Of a stretch of 64,000 nucleotides of DNA, positions 39,529-48,734 are shown in pieces. Under the pieces are notes generated by a model. It was not told the origin of the DNA. It ran no database searches and was given only the letters and a program-made list of their open reading frames with translations. Source of the DNA: Escherichia coli (lineage in GTDB: Bacteria > Pseudomonadota > Gammaproteobacteria > Enterobacterales > Enterobacteriaceae). Made by a program: the position numbers and the translations under genes. The stretch is taken from NCBI RefSeq assembly GCF_041248615.1, contig NZ_CP158426.1; one strand, written 5' to 3'. Position 1 is the stretch's first letter. Every line of letters begins with the position of its first letter.

Positions 39529-42500
39529 CTAATCTCTGTCACGGAAACTACCGACTGTCTGGCGGATACGGCGTTCCATTTCCGCACGGACGGCATCACC
39601 CACCATTTTTGCCAGTTCGCGCGGGTTTTGCGTGTGAACATCATGCAGGTGAATATGCAGTTCGCCAGTTAATCCCCATGGTGCCGGCTCACTCTGGCGC
39701 GGTCGGGGCGATGCGGGGGATATGGGCTGGCGCACAGCCTCAACCACCGGACGGGATGTTGCCGCCATCACTGGTGTCATTAGCGGGGAGAACGTCGGCA
39801 TGACATCGTGAGTCATAACCGGTTTGATCACCGGCGGAACCACTGGCGTAATATTACCGGACAGTACCGGACGGACGACCGGAGGAATAACCGGCACATT
39901 ATTCACGGACACCACCGGCTTCACGACCGGCGACACGTTCGCCGTGGTGGATATCAGCGGCGAAACACTGACAGGCGGTGGCGCTGGCAGCGGTGGCAAC
40001 GAAGGCACACTGACCGACGGCACCTGCGGCAGTCTGACAGGTGGCTCACTGACACTACCCGGTAACAGGGAAGCTGCTCGGTTAAAGCGTTCCTCCTTCC
40101 ACTCACCACGAACGGCCAGCGCTTCCGGCAGGTTTTTAAAGATAATATCGCCGGGACCAGCGCGTTTTTTCGCCTGTTTCGCCTCATCCAGCAGACCACC
40201 GGTGTTATCGACGATTTTGTTCAGGCGGCGCATAGTGCCGGTATTCTCCCCCGTCAGGGGTGGTTGCCCCCCTTTGGGTTTTTCGCCGTCTTTTTTATCC
40301 TCGTCCTTTTTCGGCGGATTAATGACGTTAACATCCGCCAGAAGCATGGCAGCTTTCTCGTTCAGCAACTCCTTCTGTTTTAGTTCTTCCGCCTTTTTCC
40401 GGGCGCGCTCAACCGCCGACGGAATCAGCCCGAGTTTTTCCAGCACCCGGGTTAATGAGTCAATCAGCAGCGTAACCGGACCGGTCACCAGATTGCTGAT
40501 AAACTCCCCTACCTTCTGCCCGAACGTACGCCCGGCTTCCGTGCACTTGTCCAGCTCATCCTTTGTTGTGCTTACCGGCGCGAACAAATCCACGAACCAC
40601 TGCCACACACGCCCGATTGTCTGCCCGACATACTCAAACAGCGGTCCCAGTGGTGCCACAGCCTCGCGCAGTGGCGTAAGCCCCTGCCACAGGCCGGACA
40701 AGAACCCGCCCACGACAGCCTTCAGCTGGTCCCAGTGCCGCCAGATAAGCACTGCCGCACCGACCAGTGTCGCCACCACAAGGCCCACCGGACTTAACAG
40801 AAAACCCAGCGCCCCGCCAAGTGCGCCCACCGCACCACTCACCATCCCCCACAGTGCGGGCAGACCTGACAGTCTGAGCGCCAGTATTCCGATACCGCGC
40901 CCCAGTGAAATCAGTGCGCCGCCAGGTGAAGTGAACGCAGCCAGCAGACCACCACGCAGCGCGCCAAGTCCCGCCTGCACACCACGAAGCCGCCCCGCAA
41001 CTACGCCCAGCAGTGCAGCAAACCGTCCGGCACCGGAGGTGATACCGACAAACAGCACGCGCCAGCCACCGATACCGCCCAGCGGACCACCGAGTACGCC
41101 GCGCAGCTGCGTCAGTAACGGCAGCGCACGACCGAGGCCGGATGTGCCGGTCAGCAGGGCAAACCCAAGACGCAGTTTTGCCAGCGGCCCCATCAACACA
41201 CCAGTGGCAAGTGACAGCGCCCCCATGGCCGCAACCGCAGCCAGCAGTACACCACCGGCAATCAGCAGTTGTTTTGTCAGTTCAGGGTGCGCCTGAGCCA
41301 GCGCGGTGACTTTCGCAATAACCCGGGTGAACGACTGCGTGACAGAACGCAGCGGCCCGTCAACGAGGTCAGCGACACGGATACGCAGTCCTTCCCATGC
41401 GCTGTTCAGTGATTTCAGGTCACCGTCCAGGTTATCAGCCATAACACGGGCAGTGTGATTAAGTTCCCCGGTGGCCAGTTCAATCTCCTGCGTAAGACGG
41501 GGAAGATTATTTTCCCCCGCCGCAGTGACAAGATTCATCAGGGAAACATAGGACTCCTGCCCGGCAATAGCCCTGAAAAAGGAGACCTGCGCGGCATTAC
41601 CGTATTTTCGGGTGGCCTGGTACAGCTCATTCAGGATATTTTCCATCCGGCGCATGTTCCCGTAAGCATCCTGCGTCTCCACGCCAAGCTCTTTCAGTGC
41701 CATTGCAGCGGCCTTCGGCGGATCAACCAGACGTGACAGACTGGCACGCAGCGCCGTACCTGCATCACTTCCACGGATCCCCACACTGCCAAGGACACCC
41801 GTCATGGCTGCCGCCTGTTCAAGGGACAGGCCAAGTGAAGCTGCAACCGGACCCGTGTACTTCATGGTTTCACCCAGTGAACGGAGATCCGTATTGGTTC
41901 GTGTGAAGGTGGCGGCCAGCGTGTCACCCACGCGATCCATCTGGTCAGCGGACAGACCAAACTGTGTGAGGATATTCGAACTGATATCGGCAGTCTGTCC
42001 CAGGTCCATCCCTGCAGCCATTGCCAGATCAAGCACGCCGGGTAGCGCCGCCTGTATGGCCTGTGGTGTGAAGCCGGCCATGGCAAGGAACGCCTGACCG
42101 CTGGCAGCATCACCGGCGGTAAACTGCGTTTCAGAGCCCAGCTTAATGGCCTGTTCGCGCAGCGCCTTAAACTGCGGACTGTTTTTGTCAATACGGGTCA
42201 GCGCCTGGACGCGTGACATCTCCTTACCAAAACTGACCGCCGGTTGCAGGAAACGTCCGGCCGCATAGCCGCCTGCCGCCGCCGTACCAACCGCCGTAAG
42301 TCCGACCGTTTTAAGTTTTCCCGCCGTCTCCTGAGCACGGGAATATTGCTGGCGTGCCTGCGTGACACGTGCCAGCGCCTGCCGTTCGCGTTCCAGCTGG
42401 TCGTTGTATTGCTGTGTTCGCCGTATGGCCTGTTGAATGGTGTTGTCACTGCCGGAAAGCGCAATACCGTGGCGCCGCAGCTCACCACCCAGTTCGCGCA

Positions 42501-42840
42501 TTCGCTGAACTTCACGCGCACGGACCTCATTGAGACGCTCAAGTTTGAGGCTCAAATCGTTCATCAGCTTTTTCTGTTTGTCAGACAGCACGGTTCCGGC
42601 GCGCTGAATTTGCTGAAGTGCGCTTAACTGGCGTTGCGCCCTGACAATGCCGTTTCCGGCCTTGTTTGCAGCCTCGCGGGCGCGATCAAATGAACGGGCG
42701 TAGCGTTCCAGGTTTTTGATCGCACCCTGCGTTCTCTGTATGGAGTCGCCAAGCTGGCCCATCATGCGACGGGCGTTTTCGGTGGGACGGGTCAGCCTGT
42801 CAACAGCGCTGAAGGCGACCCGTATATCAAGCGTTTTCAT
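39529..42840 (-). CDS. tail tape measure protein (P2 gpT-like)
   Basis: 1103 aa from ATG 42838-42840; coiled-coil/Ala-Gly-rich core; Pro/Val-rich C-terminus. Confidence 0.85.
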   Translation of the reverse strand: MKTLDIRVAFSAVDRLTRPTENARRMMGQLGDSIQRTQGAIKNLERYARSFDRAREAANKAGNGIVRAQRQLSALQQIQRAGTVLSDKQKKLMNDLSLKLERLNEVRAREVQRMRELGGELRRHGIALSGSDNTIQQAIRRTQQYNDQLERERQALARVTQARQQYSRAQETAGKLKTVGLTAVGTAAAGGYAAGRFLQPAVSFGKEMSRVQALTRIDKNSPQFKALREQAIKLGSETQFTAGDAASGQAFLAMAGFTPQAIQAALPGVLDLAMAAGMDLGQTADISSNILTQFGLSADQMDRVGDTLAATFTRTNTDLRSLGETMKYTGPVAASLGLSLEQAAAMTGVLGSVGIRGSDAGTALRASLSRLVDPPKAAAMALKELGVETQDAYGNMRRMENILNELYQATRKYGNAAQVSFFRAIAGQESYVSLMNLVTAAGENNLPRLTQEIELATGELNHTARVMADNLDGDLKSLNSAWEGLRIRVADLVDGPLRSVTQSFTRVIAKVTALAQAHPELTKQLLIAGGVLLAAVAAMGALSLATGVLMGPLAKLRLGFALLTGTSGLGRALPLLTQLRGVLGGPLGGIGGWRVLFVGITSGAGRFAALLGVVAGRLRGVQAGLGALRGGLLAAFTSPGGALISLGRGIGILALRLSGLPALWGMVSGAVGALGGALGFLLSPVGLVVATLVGAAVLIWRHWDQLKAVVGGFLSGLWQGLTPLREAVAPLGPLFEYVGQTIGRVWQWFVDLFAPVSTTKDELDKCTEAGRTFGQKVGEFISNLVTGPVTLLIDSLTRVLEKLGLIPSAVERARKKAEELKQKELLNEKAAMLLADVNVINPPKKDEDKKDGEKPKGGQPPLTGENTGTMRRLNKIVDNTGGLLDEAKQAKKRAGPGDIIFKNLPEALAVRGEWKEERFNRAASLLPGSVSEPPVRLPQVPSVSVPSLPPLPAPPPVSVSPLISTTANVSPVVKPVVSVNNVPVIPPVVRPVLSGNITPVVPPVIKPVMTHDVMPTFSPLMTPVMAATSRPVVEAVRQPISPASPRPRQSEPAPWGLTGELHIHLHDVHTQNPRELAKMVGDAVRAEMERRIRQTVGSFRDRD

Positions 42841-43045
42841 GCTCTGCGTTCCCGCTGCGAAGGGCCGCCCGCTCACGCCAGGCGACCACCTCGCCGGGAT
42901 CCATCAGGAAGATTTCAGCGGGAGACCAGTTGAAAATAACGGCGATATCCGCCACAAAGTCTTCAATGTGCTCAAAGGGCACGACGGTTATCAGCCTGCC
43001 GTCGCCGCCCCGCTCTTCCCGCCAGAGTCCTGACCGGCCAAAAAA
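42827..43045 (-). CDS. gpE' extension reached by programmed -1 frameshift
   Basis: slippery TTTTTTG (plus-strand 43039-43045); -1 frame open until a stop overlapping the gpT start. Confidence 0.5.
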   Translation of the reverse strand, partial: FFGRSGLWREERGGDGRLITVVPFEHIEDFVADIAVIFNWSPAEIFLMDPGEVVAWRERAALRSGNAEHENA

Positions 43046-43353
43046 TTAACCGCCACCCCGCACAGCTGAATAAAATCAGCGGACCCCATGCGCTTAAGCA
43101 GAACCTCGTCCAGTCGCGGCGAAGTGACGCGCGGGAGTAACTCAAACATCGCGTCCGTTTTCATGTTCAGCACGTCAAGCAGTGACAGCCCGCGCAGTGA
43201 ACCGGCCTGCTGTACAGCAGGCGTGATTTCCACATACGTGATTTTTTTGTTACCGAGCACAAGGGGCGTTTTCAGCGTCACGCCGCGCTCACTGGTCACG
43301 TCCGCCGCATCAGCACCGTCAGTAACAGGGGCAACAACCGGATTTTCTTTCAT
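42991..43353 (-). CDS. tail assembly chaperone (P2 gpE-like)
   Basis: 120 aa; slippery heptamer TTTTTTG near 3' end. Confidence 0.75.
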   Translation of the reverse strand: MKENPVVAPVTDGADAADVTSERGVTLKTPLVLGNKKITYVEITPAVQQAGSLRGLSLLDVLNMKTDAMFELLPRVTSPRLDEVLLKRMGSADFIQLCGVAVNFLAGQDSGGKSGAATAG

Positions 43354-43403
43354 GCATAAAACCTCAAATCAGGGGGCGACGCCGCGCGCCGCCGTGGGAA
43401 ACA

Positions 43404-43922
43404 TTAACCACCAAGACCAATCGCCGAGCGCACGCGGTCCGGGAAGACGTTTTTGCCGTCCTTGCGTTCGATGTGGTTCAGTAAATCAATCTCCAGCACC
43501 GGACGGTCGTTAATGCTGAGTTTGTAGTAGGTACTCCTGACCGCATAGGTGTGAGACGTGACCTCACCCTGTTTTGCCTCCCCCGTATCAATTTCCGTCA
43601 CGCGGCCGCGAAGCTCAATTTCATACAGGTCGCTCTGCTCTTCATCGTTGTAGTACTCACCGACAAAGCGCAGCAGCGTACCGTCGATCGTGCCGCCGTA
43701 CTTAAGGAACAGTTCGCGGGTCGGCCCGCCCATGGTGAAACTCGCATCCAGCGCGCCGTCATCCAGACCAAGGTCGATATTCACCGCGCCGGCCATACCA
43801 CCACCGCGATAGGCTTCCGTTTTACGGGTCAGTTTGGGGGGCGTGAAGCCGGTCACCCTGCCAATCTGGTTCACCCCGTCAGTAAACAGCGTGAACACCC
43901 TGAGATTTTTTGGTACGGCCAT
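43404..43922 (-). CDS. tail tube protein (P2 gpFII-like)
   Basis: 172 aa; conserved KLTRK and EIDTGE regions. Confidence 0.85.
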   Translation of the reverse strand: MAVPKNLRVFTLFTDGVNQIGRVTGFTPPKLTRKTEAYRGGGMAGAVNIDLGLDDGALDASFTMGGPTRELFLKYGGTIDGTLLRFVGEYYNDEEQSDLYEIELRGRVTEIDTGEAKQGEVTSHTYAVRSTYYKLSINDRPVLEIDLLNHIERKDGKNVFPDRVRSAIGLGG

Positions 43923-45205
43923 TAAGCACCTCCAAGCGTCGCAAATGCAGGACCAAAGAATTCATCAGTAAACGCCTGGTAAAGTTCCATATCCTCAAGC
44001 GGCGGAACGGGCGTGTACTTGTAGCGGATACGCACGCGTCCCTGACGAAGTTCCGTGGTGCTGTTATCCACCACGTCATACCAGCACTCCGCACCAATGA
44101 GACGTCCTGACGTAACCAGCGCATCCAGTTTTGCGCGAATTGCGCTTAACACGTCTTTCACATTAGCAGGGGTCAGCGGGGCATCAATCGTTTCAAACTG
44201 CGCTTCCGCAATGGAATCAGCCAGCACCTGAGCGGTTCGCGTGTACACCTCAAAGATATACGCCTTCGTTTCCGGCGTACGGTTGCCCCAGAAGCGGAAA
44301 CCGTTACGGCAAATGATGGTAGTGATTTCCTTGTTGTTGAGATTGTTGGCATCGCTGTCTTCGGACTGAAGGGACCAGAACACCGGGCTGGAAATACCCA
44401 GCACATTTCTTACCGGCACGTTGGACAGCGATTTATGCCAGCCCTGTTCGTGGTCAATACGTGCACGTAAACCGCAGGCGTACGCCGCAGCCGGGAAGAC
44501 CTCATTAGCGCCGGATTTCGGGTTATGGGCGATGAAGTCCGGCCAGACCAGCATAAGTTCGCGCTCGTTAAATCTGGCGCGGTAGCTGATTGCATCGGCG
44601 GGCTTCTTGCAGTTGTGACAGCCCGCGTAGACAAATGCGCGAAGTTTTTCTGCAATTACACACAGGGATTTTGTGACAGCTTCAGTATCCAGTCCGGGAG
44701 CTGCGATGATGCGCGGACGGTAACCGATGGCATCATCCTGTTCAGCTATCAGAAGTGCATACATACCGGTATAATTACCGTCGCCATCCGTGCCACCAAT
44801 GACATACTGGTCCTGCGTTTTGTGTGGGTATACAGGATGTGCATCTTCAGACTCATCAATACCAAAAAATGCCCTGTCTTCAGGATCCAGATGACCGAAT
44901 GATGTAACTCCTGTATCCGGGGCGCCCTGAGAACTGGCATCAGGAACGCGCACCACAATCACCTTCGTGCTCACCTGGTCGGCGACAGCCTTAAGCGATT
45001 TGTAAAGCGTCCCCTTTGTGCCGGCCTTACCCAGCACATCACTGACGCGGGTCAGCAGTGTGGGTTTGTTCAGCGGGAACAGAGTTTCATCCGCGTCATC
45101 TGCCGTAGCCACAATACCAATAACACTGGAATCCACATCATTAATGGCGGTGGCAAGGCCGGTACTTTCCCTTACGCGCGCACCATGAAAGCGTGTTTCA
45201 CTCAT
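43922..45205 (-). CDS. tail sheath protein (P2 gpFI-like)
   Basis: 427 aa from ATG 45203-45205 (MSETRFHGARV); track ORF start at 45352 is an unsupported extension. Confidence 0.85.
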   Translation of the reverse strand: MSETRFHGARVRESTGLATAINDVDSSVIGIVATADDADETLFPLNKPTLLTRVSDVLGKAGTKGTLYKSLKAVADQVSTKVIVVRVPDASSQGAPDTGVTSFGHLDPEDRAFFGIDESEDAHPVYPHKTQDQYVIGGTDGDGNYTGMYALLIAEQDDAIGYRPRIIAAPGLDTEAVTKSLCVIAEKLRAFVYAGCHNCKKPADAISYRARFNERELMLVWPDFIAHNPKSGANEVFPAAAYACGLRARIDHEQGWHKSLSNVPVRNVLGISSPVFWSLQSEDSDANNLNNKEITTIICRNGFRFWGNRTPETKAYIFEVYTRTAQVLADSIAEAQFETIDAPLTPANVKDVLSAIRAKLDALVTSGRLIGAECWYDVVDNSTTELRQGRVRIRYKYTPVPPLEDMELYQAFTDEFFGPAFATLGGA

Positions 45206-45278
45206 ATGTTTCACCCTTGTCTGGCTGGTTGATTTTGCGTAATCATTACCCACACACGCGGTAATCTCACCCCTTTGA

Positions 45279-45302
45279 TGTTGTCTCCTGACAGCGACAA
45301 CA
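45279..45302. promoter_or_regulatory. Ogr-type late-promoter dyad between divergent gpFI and gpD
   Basis: TGTTGTCTCCTGACAGCGACAACA; centre about 85 and 76 bp from the two start codons. Confidence 0.5.
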
Positions 45303-45366
45303 AAACAGCCATTCAACGCCGCTGCGGTGCATGAAACCATTACAGAACGCACCAGGAGAGAACACC

Positions 45367-46458
45367 ATGAAAGAGCTGTCAGTTACCGTTCCGTCACCGG
45401 ATATCGACATCACCATCAACAACAACACACTGGCAAACCTCACAGAGCGACTCATGACGCTGACCCTGACGGATAACCGGGCCTTTGAGGCAGACCGCGT
45501 CACCCTCACCCTTGACGATACGGACGGGCAGTTACAGTTGCCACCACGTGGCGCACGCCTGAGAGTGATGATTGGCTGGCGAGGAGAATCACTGGTTAAC
45601 AAGGGCACCTACGTCGTTGATGAGGTTGCGTGGGAAGGACCTCCAGATAAACTGATCATCACCGCCAGCAGCGCAGATTTTCGGGAAGAGTTCAACGTGA
45701 GGCGGGAGGTATCCTGGCACGACGTGACCGTAAAACAGGTTGTGTCAGCCATCGCTCACCGCTACGGCCTGAAGACACAGATAAGCGAAATCCTCATGGA
45801 TATCGAAATTGACCACGCTGACCAGACCGAAGAGAGCGATATATCCTTCCTGACCCGCATGGCTGAAATGCTGGGTGCGATTGCCACCGTAAAAAACGGC
45901 AGCCTGTTATTCATTCTGCCGGGTGGCGGAACCGGGCCGGACGGAAGAGCCCTGCCTTCGTTCGCCATTACCCGCAGCAGCGGCGACAGTCACCGCTTTC
46001 GCATTGCTGACCGTGATGCGTATACGGGGGTCCGGGCGCACTGGCTCGATCTGAAGTTCGGGCACAAGAAAAAAGTGAACGTGAAGCGACGCAGGGAAGC
46101 CGGGAAACAGAAACAGGAGAAGAGCAGCAGCCGGGAGGGTGATTACATGGAAGGCGCGGAAGGGAACGTCTACGTTCTGCGCAGGACTTACCAGAATGAA
46201 GAAACCGCACGACGTGCAGCTGCGGCAAAGTGGCAGGAGTTACAGCGGGGAGCAGCGGCATTCTCCATCACTCTGGCACGGGGTCGTGCCGACCTGTATC
46301 CCGAAATGCACGGCAGGGTAACAGGTTTTAAAAGCGAGGTGGACAATCAGGACTGGATTATTGCCAGGGTGGAGCACATCATAGATGAAAGCGGCTTCAC
46401 CACACAACTGGAGCTGGAAGCGAAAATCCCCGAATGGATAGCAGATTCAGGCGGATAA
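45367..46458 (+). CDS. tail protein D (P2 gpD-like)
   Basis: 363 aa from ATG 45367 with SD AGGAGAG; N-terminus MKELSVTVPSPD. Confidence 0.8.
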   Translation: MKELSVTVPSPDIDITINNNTLANLTERLMTLTLTDNRAFEADRVTLTLDDTDGQLQLPPRGARLRVMIGWRGESLVNKGTYVVDEVAWEGPPDKLIITASSADFREEFNVRREVSWHDVTVKQVVSAIAHRYGLKTQISEILMDIEIDHADQTEESDISFLTRMAEMLGAIATVKNGSLLFILPGGGTGPDGRALPSFAITRSSGDSHRFRIADRDAYTGVRAHWLDLKFGHKKKVNVKRRREAGKQKQEKSSSREGDYMEGAEGNVYVLRRTYQNEETARRAAAAKWQELQRGAAAFSITLARGRADLYPEMHGRVTGFKSEVDNQDWIIARVEHIIDESGFTTQLELEAKIPEWIADSGG

Positions 46459-46501
46459 AATTAAAATGAGCCATCTCCACTCAGCCAGATAAGGAGAAGC
46501 C

Positions 46502-46753
46502 ATGTTCCGTTGTCCCCTATGCGGTGCATCCGCACGTATCCGCACCAGTCGCAATGAAAATGATTCAGGCACAGTTCGCCTGAAGTACTACCAGTGCAAT
46601 AACCTCGAATGCGGGATCGGCTTTACCACACTGGAGGGTTTTAACAAATTCACATCAAAACGCGCCCCGTCGCCGCAGGGTACAGAGCGGATACCGTGGG
46701 AAGATTTTCCGGGATCTCACAGGGGGAATACTCAGATTAATCTTGATATTTAA
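46502..46753 (+). CDS. ogr: Ogr/Delta-family zinc-finger late activator
   Basis: 83 aa; MFRCPLCG...YYQCNNLEC four-Cys finger; SD AAGGAG. Confidence 0.85.
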   Translation: MFRCPLCGASARIRTSRNENDSGTVRLKYYQCNNLECGIGFTTLEGFNKFTSKRAPSPQGTERIPWEDFPGSHRGNTQINLDI

Positions 46754-46759
46754 GAACAA

Positions 46760-46897
46760 TAATCAGGTTGAGAGGACATCATAAGGCAAGTAGATTAACG
46801 GCAGATACTTTCCCGCAACCACGGGCAAGTATTTAATTATCCATGATGAAATATGACCTAAATTGTTTTTTGCCCGCCGGAAAGCGGGCATTTTTTT
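46760..46897 (+). repeat. repeat unit 1 (partial) ending in bidirectional intrinsic terminator
   Basis: shares GTTGAG...AGTAGATTA...CCATGAT...TTTTGCCCGCCGGAAAGCGGGCATTTTTTT with four downstream units. Confidence 0.55.
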
Positions 46898-47111
46898 ATT
46901 CTTTTGTGGTTATGGGGTCATCAGGAACCACGTGCAGATTATATTTTTGTTTTTTTGGCGTTCCTCCGGCAGCAACGAGTTCATCAATAAGACACTGACA
47001 CGCCTGAACATCCCGGGCATGTCTTAGTTTCACCTTTATTGATTTAACCTTATCCTCACCGGAGGAGAAATGCAGTTCAATCTCAATATCGTTTCTTCGG
47101 AACAATCTCAT
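46896..47111 (-). CDS. small protein of unknown function
   Basis: 71 aa (MRLFRRNDIEIELHF...); two decayed copies downstream; palindrome upstream. Confidence 0.5.
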   Translation of the reverse strand: MRLFRRNDIEIELHFSSGEDKVKSIKVKLRHARDVQACQCLIDELVAAGGTPKKQKYNLHVVPDDPITTKE

Positions 47112-47206
47112 ACGCCCCCTGAATATATCAGAAATACTAGTATCGAAAAATGAGAAAACAGTTAGACAGGAGAAACATATTAACACAAATCATTTATACC
47201 TATAGA

Positions 47207-47222
47207 TGAAATTATAATTTCA
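47207..47222. promoter_or_regulatory. perfect 16-bp palindrome TGAAATTATAATTTCA upstream of the small gene
   Basis: palindromic; related inverted repeats upstream of the two decayed copies. Confidence 0.35.
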
Positions 47223-47331
47223 TTCATGAATATGATAGATAACTATATTGTGAACAAAATGAAAAATGGCTAAATTAAAAATGGGCATGGAGGAATGCCC
47301 GGTTATCAATATAATGTGACGTAGATCATTG

Positions 47332-47562
47332 TTTTGCCCGCCGGAGAGCGGGCATTTTTTTTGCGCCTGCCATCGAGGCGCCTTCCCTGGCGCACACAAA
47401 GCAGCCCTGATTTTCCATGAAAACTTCAGGGTTGAGCTGCGGGCACAAAGTGAGTAGATTAGCTACGGGTACCTCCCCCTGACAACAGGAAGGGTGTCCA
47501 TTATCCATGATATACAAACGAAAAGTCTTGTTTTTTGCCCGCCGAAGCGCGGGCATTTTTTT
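47332..47562 (+). repeat. repeat unit 2, terminator-to-terminator (candidate structured sRNA)
   Basis: bounded by GCCCGCCGGAGAGCGGGC and GCCCGCCGAAGCGCGGGC hairpins with T-runs; internal conserved hairpin CCCTGATTTTCCATGAAAACTTCAGGG. Confidence 0.5.
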
Positions 47563-47688
47563 ATGCATCAGACAAGATACAGCCCACCCCAACTGACACC
47601 TGAAATATTGCCGCAACAAAAAGAAACAGTTAAATTACGCGCGGGTGCCTTTCGGCTGATGGCCGGAGGGAAAACCTGAAGGCCGGAT

Positions 47689-47922
47689 GTGGAAAGGCCC
47701 CGGAAAACATTTCTGTTTAACCGAGGCCCTAACCGCATTACCTTGACAAGTGAAAGGTTAGCGCCTCTCCGGAAAAGGAGCAAGTGCTATGTCGCAAAAA
47801 TCGCTTACGGCCATCACGTTCTGCGTGACGGCAATCCTCATCATCTGGATATTGCACGGTTCGCTGTGCGAAATACGGATGAGCTTCTGGGGAGCGGAGT
47901 TTGCGGCGTTCTTACAATGTAA
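47689..47922 (+). CDS. mok-like overlapping reading frame of hok locus 1
   Basis: 77-codon frame starting upstream of and overlapping hok, as in hok/mok/sok loci. Confidence 0.35.
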   Translation: MERPRKTFLFNRGPNRITLTSERLAPLRKRSKCYVAKIAYGHHVLRDGNPHHLDIARFAVRNTDELLGSGVCGVLTM

Positions 47923-47929
47923 GAAGTAA
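47789..47929 (+). CDS. hok: Hok/Gef-family type I toxin
   Basis: 46 aa MSQKSLTAITFCVTAILIIWILHGSLCEIRMSFWGAEFAAFLQCKK; SD AAGGAG; single TM plus conserved LCE and AAF motifs. Confidence 0.7.
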   Translation: MSQKSLTAITFCVTAILIIWILHGSLCEIRMSFWGAEFAAFLQCKK

Positions 47930-48015
47930 GGAAACCGCGACGGGGGAGCAATCCCCCGTCAATCGGTTGCCAGGGTAAGGTCGATAAGGCACCCTATCTC
48001 ACAGACATGAACAAC

Positions 48016-48050
48016 AAACCCGCAGCATAAAAACTGCGGGTTTTCTTTTT
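48016..48050 (+). terminator. intrinsic terminator of hok locus 1
   Basis: stem CCCGCAG/CTGCGGG followed by TTTTCTTTTT. Confidence 0.5.
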
Positions 48051-48181
48051 GGTGTCCTCACCGACTTGAAACAGTGATCAGACTATAAGACAAAGCCCGC
48101 AATGTTGCGGGCTTACTCTACCTCTCGAAAATGTGGTCACTGCGTGGACATACGCTGATACAAATCCTTTATATCAATAAA

Positions 48182-48280
48182 TTAAATCTTTGTTTTTTTC
48201 ATCAACAATGATTTAACCTTATCCTCACCGGAGGAGAAATGCAGTTCAATCTCAATATCGTTTCTGTGGAACAGCCTCAT
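48182..48280 (-). pseudogene. truncated copy of the 71-aa small gene
   Basis: first 24 codons near-identical to 46896-47111 copy, then diverges to early stop. Confidence 0.45.
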
Positions 48281-48501
48281 AAGACAACCTCCTGAATTCA
48301 TCAGAAACACAGTCAACTGAAAACCAGAAAGCAGACAAACAGTGGACACACATTAATACAAATCATTTATACCTATAGATGAAATTGCAGTTTCATCTAT
48401 AACATGACAGGTAACAATATTGTGAAAAAACTCAAAACTCGTTAGATTAAAGACGGACAGAGCAATGCTACTTTATCAATAACATGTAACCTGTACTTCC
48501 T

Positions 48502-48732
48502 TATTTTGCCCGCCGAAGCACGGGCATTTTTTTTGCGCCTGCCATCGAGGCGCCTTCCCTGGCGCACACAAAGCAGCCCTGATTTTCCATGAAAACTTCA
48601 GGGTTGAGCCAAAAGCACAAAGACAGTAGATTAACCACGGGTGCCTTCCACCTGACAACAGGAAGGGTGTCCAGTATCAATGACAGACAACTCACATTGC
48701 TGTTTTGCCCGCCGGAAAGCGGGCATTTTTTT
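48502..48732 (+). repeat. repeat unit 4, terminator-to-terminator
   Basis: same architecture and sequence family as unit 2. Confidence 0.5.
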
Positions 48733-48734
48733 AT

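Noticed and set aside
39824-41296. 490-aa plus-strand ORF and other long antisense ORFs inside the tape measure gene
   Set aside because: Low-complexity Ser/Thr/Pro/Gly-rich translation antisense to a well-supported long gene; typical shadow ORFs.
45205-45352. N-terminal extension of the sheath ORF up to 45352
   Set aside because: The extension runs through the Ogr dyad and promoter spacer and starts with a Cys-rich low-complexity sequence; the internal ATG at 45203-45205 gives the sheath N-terminus.
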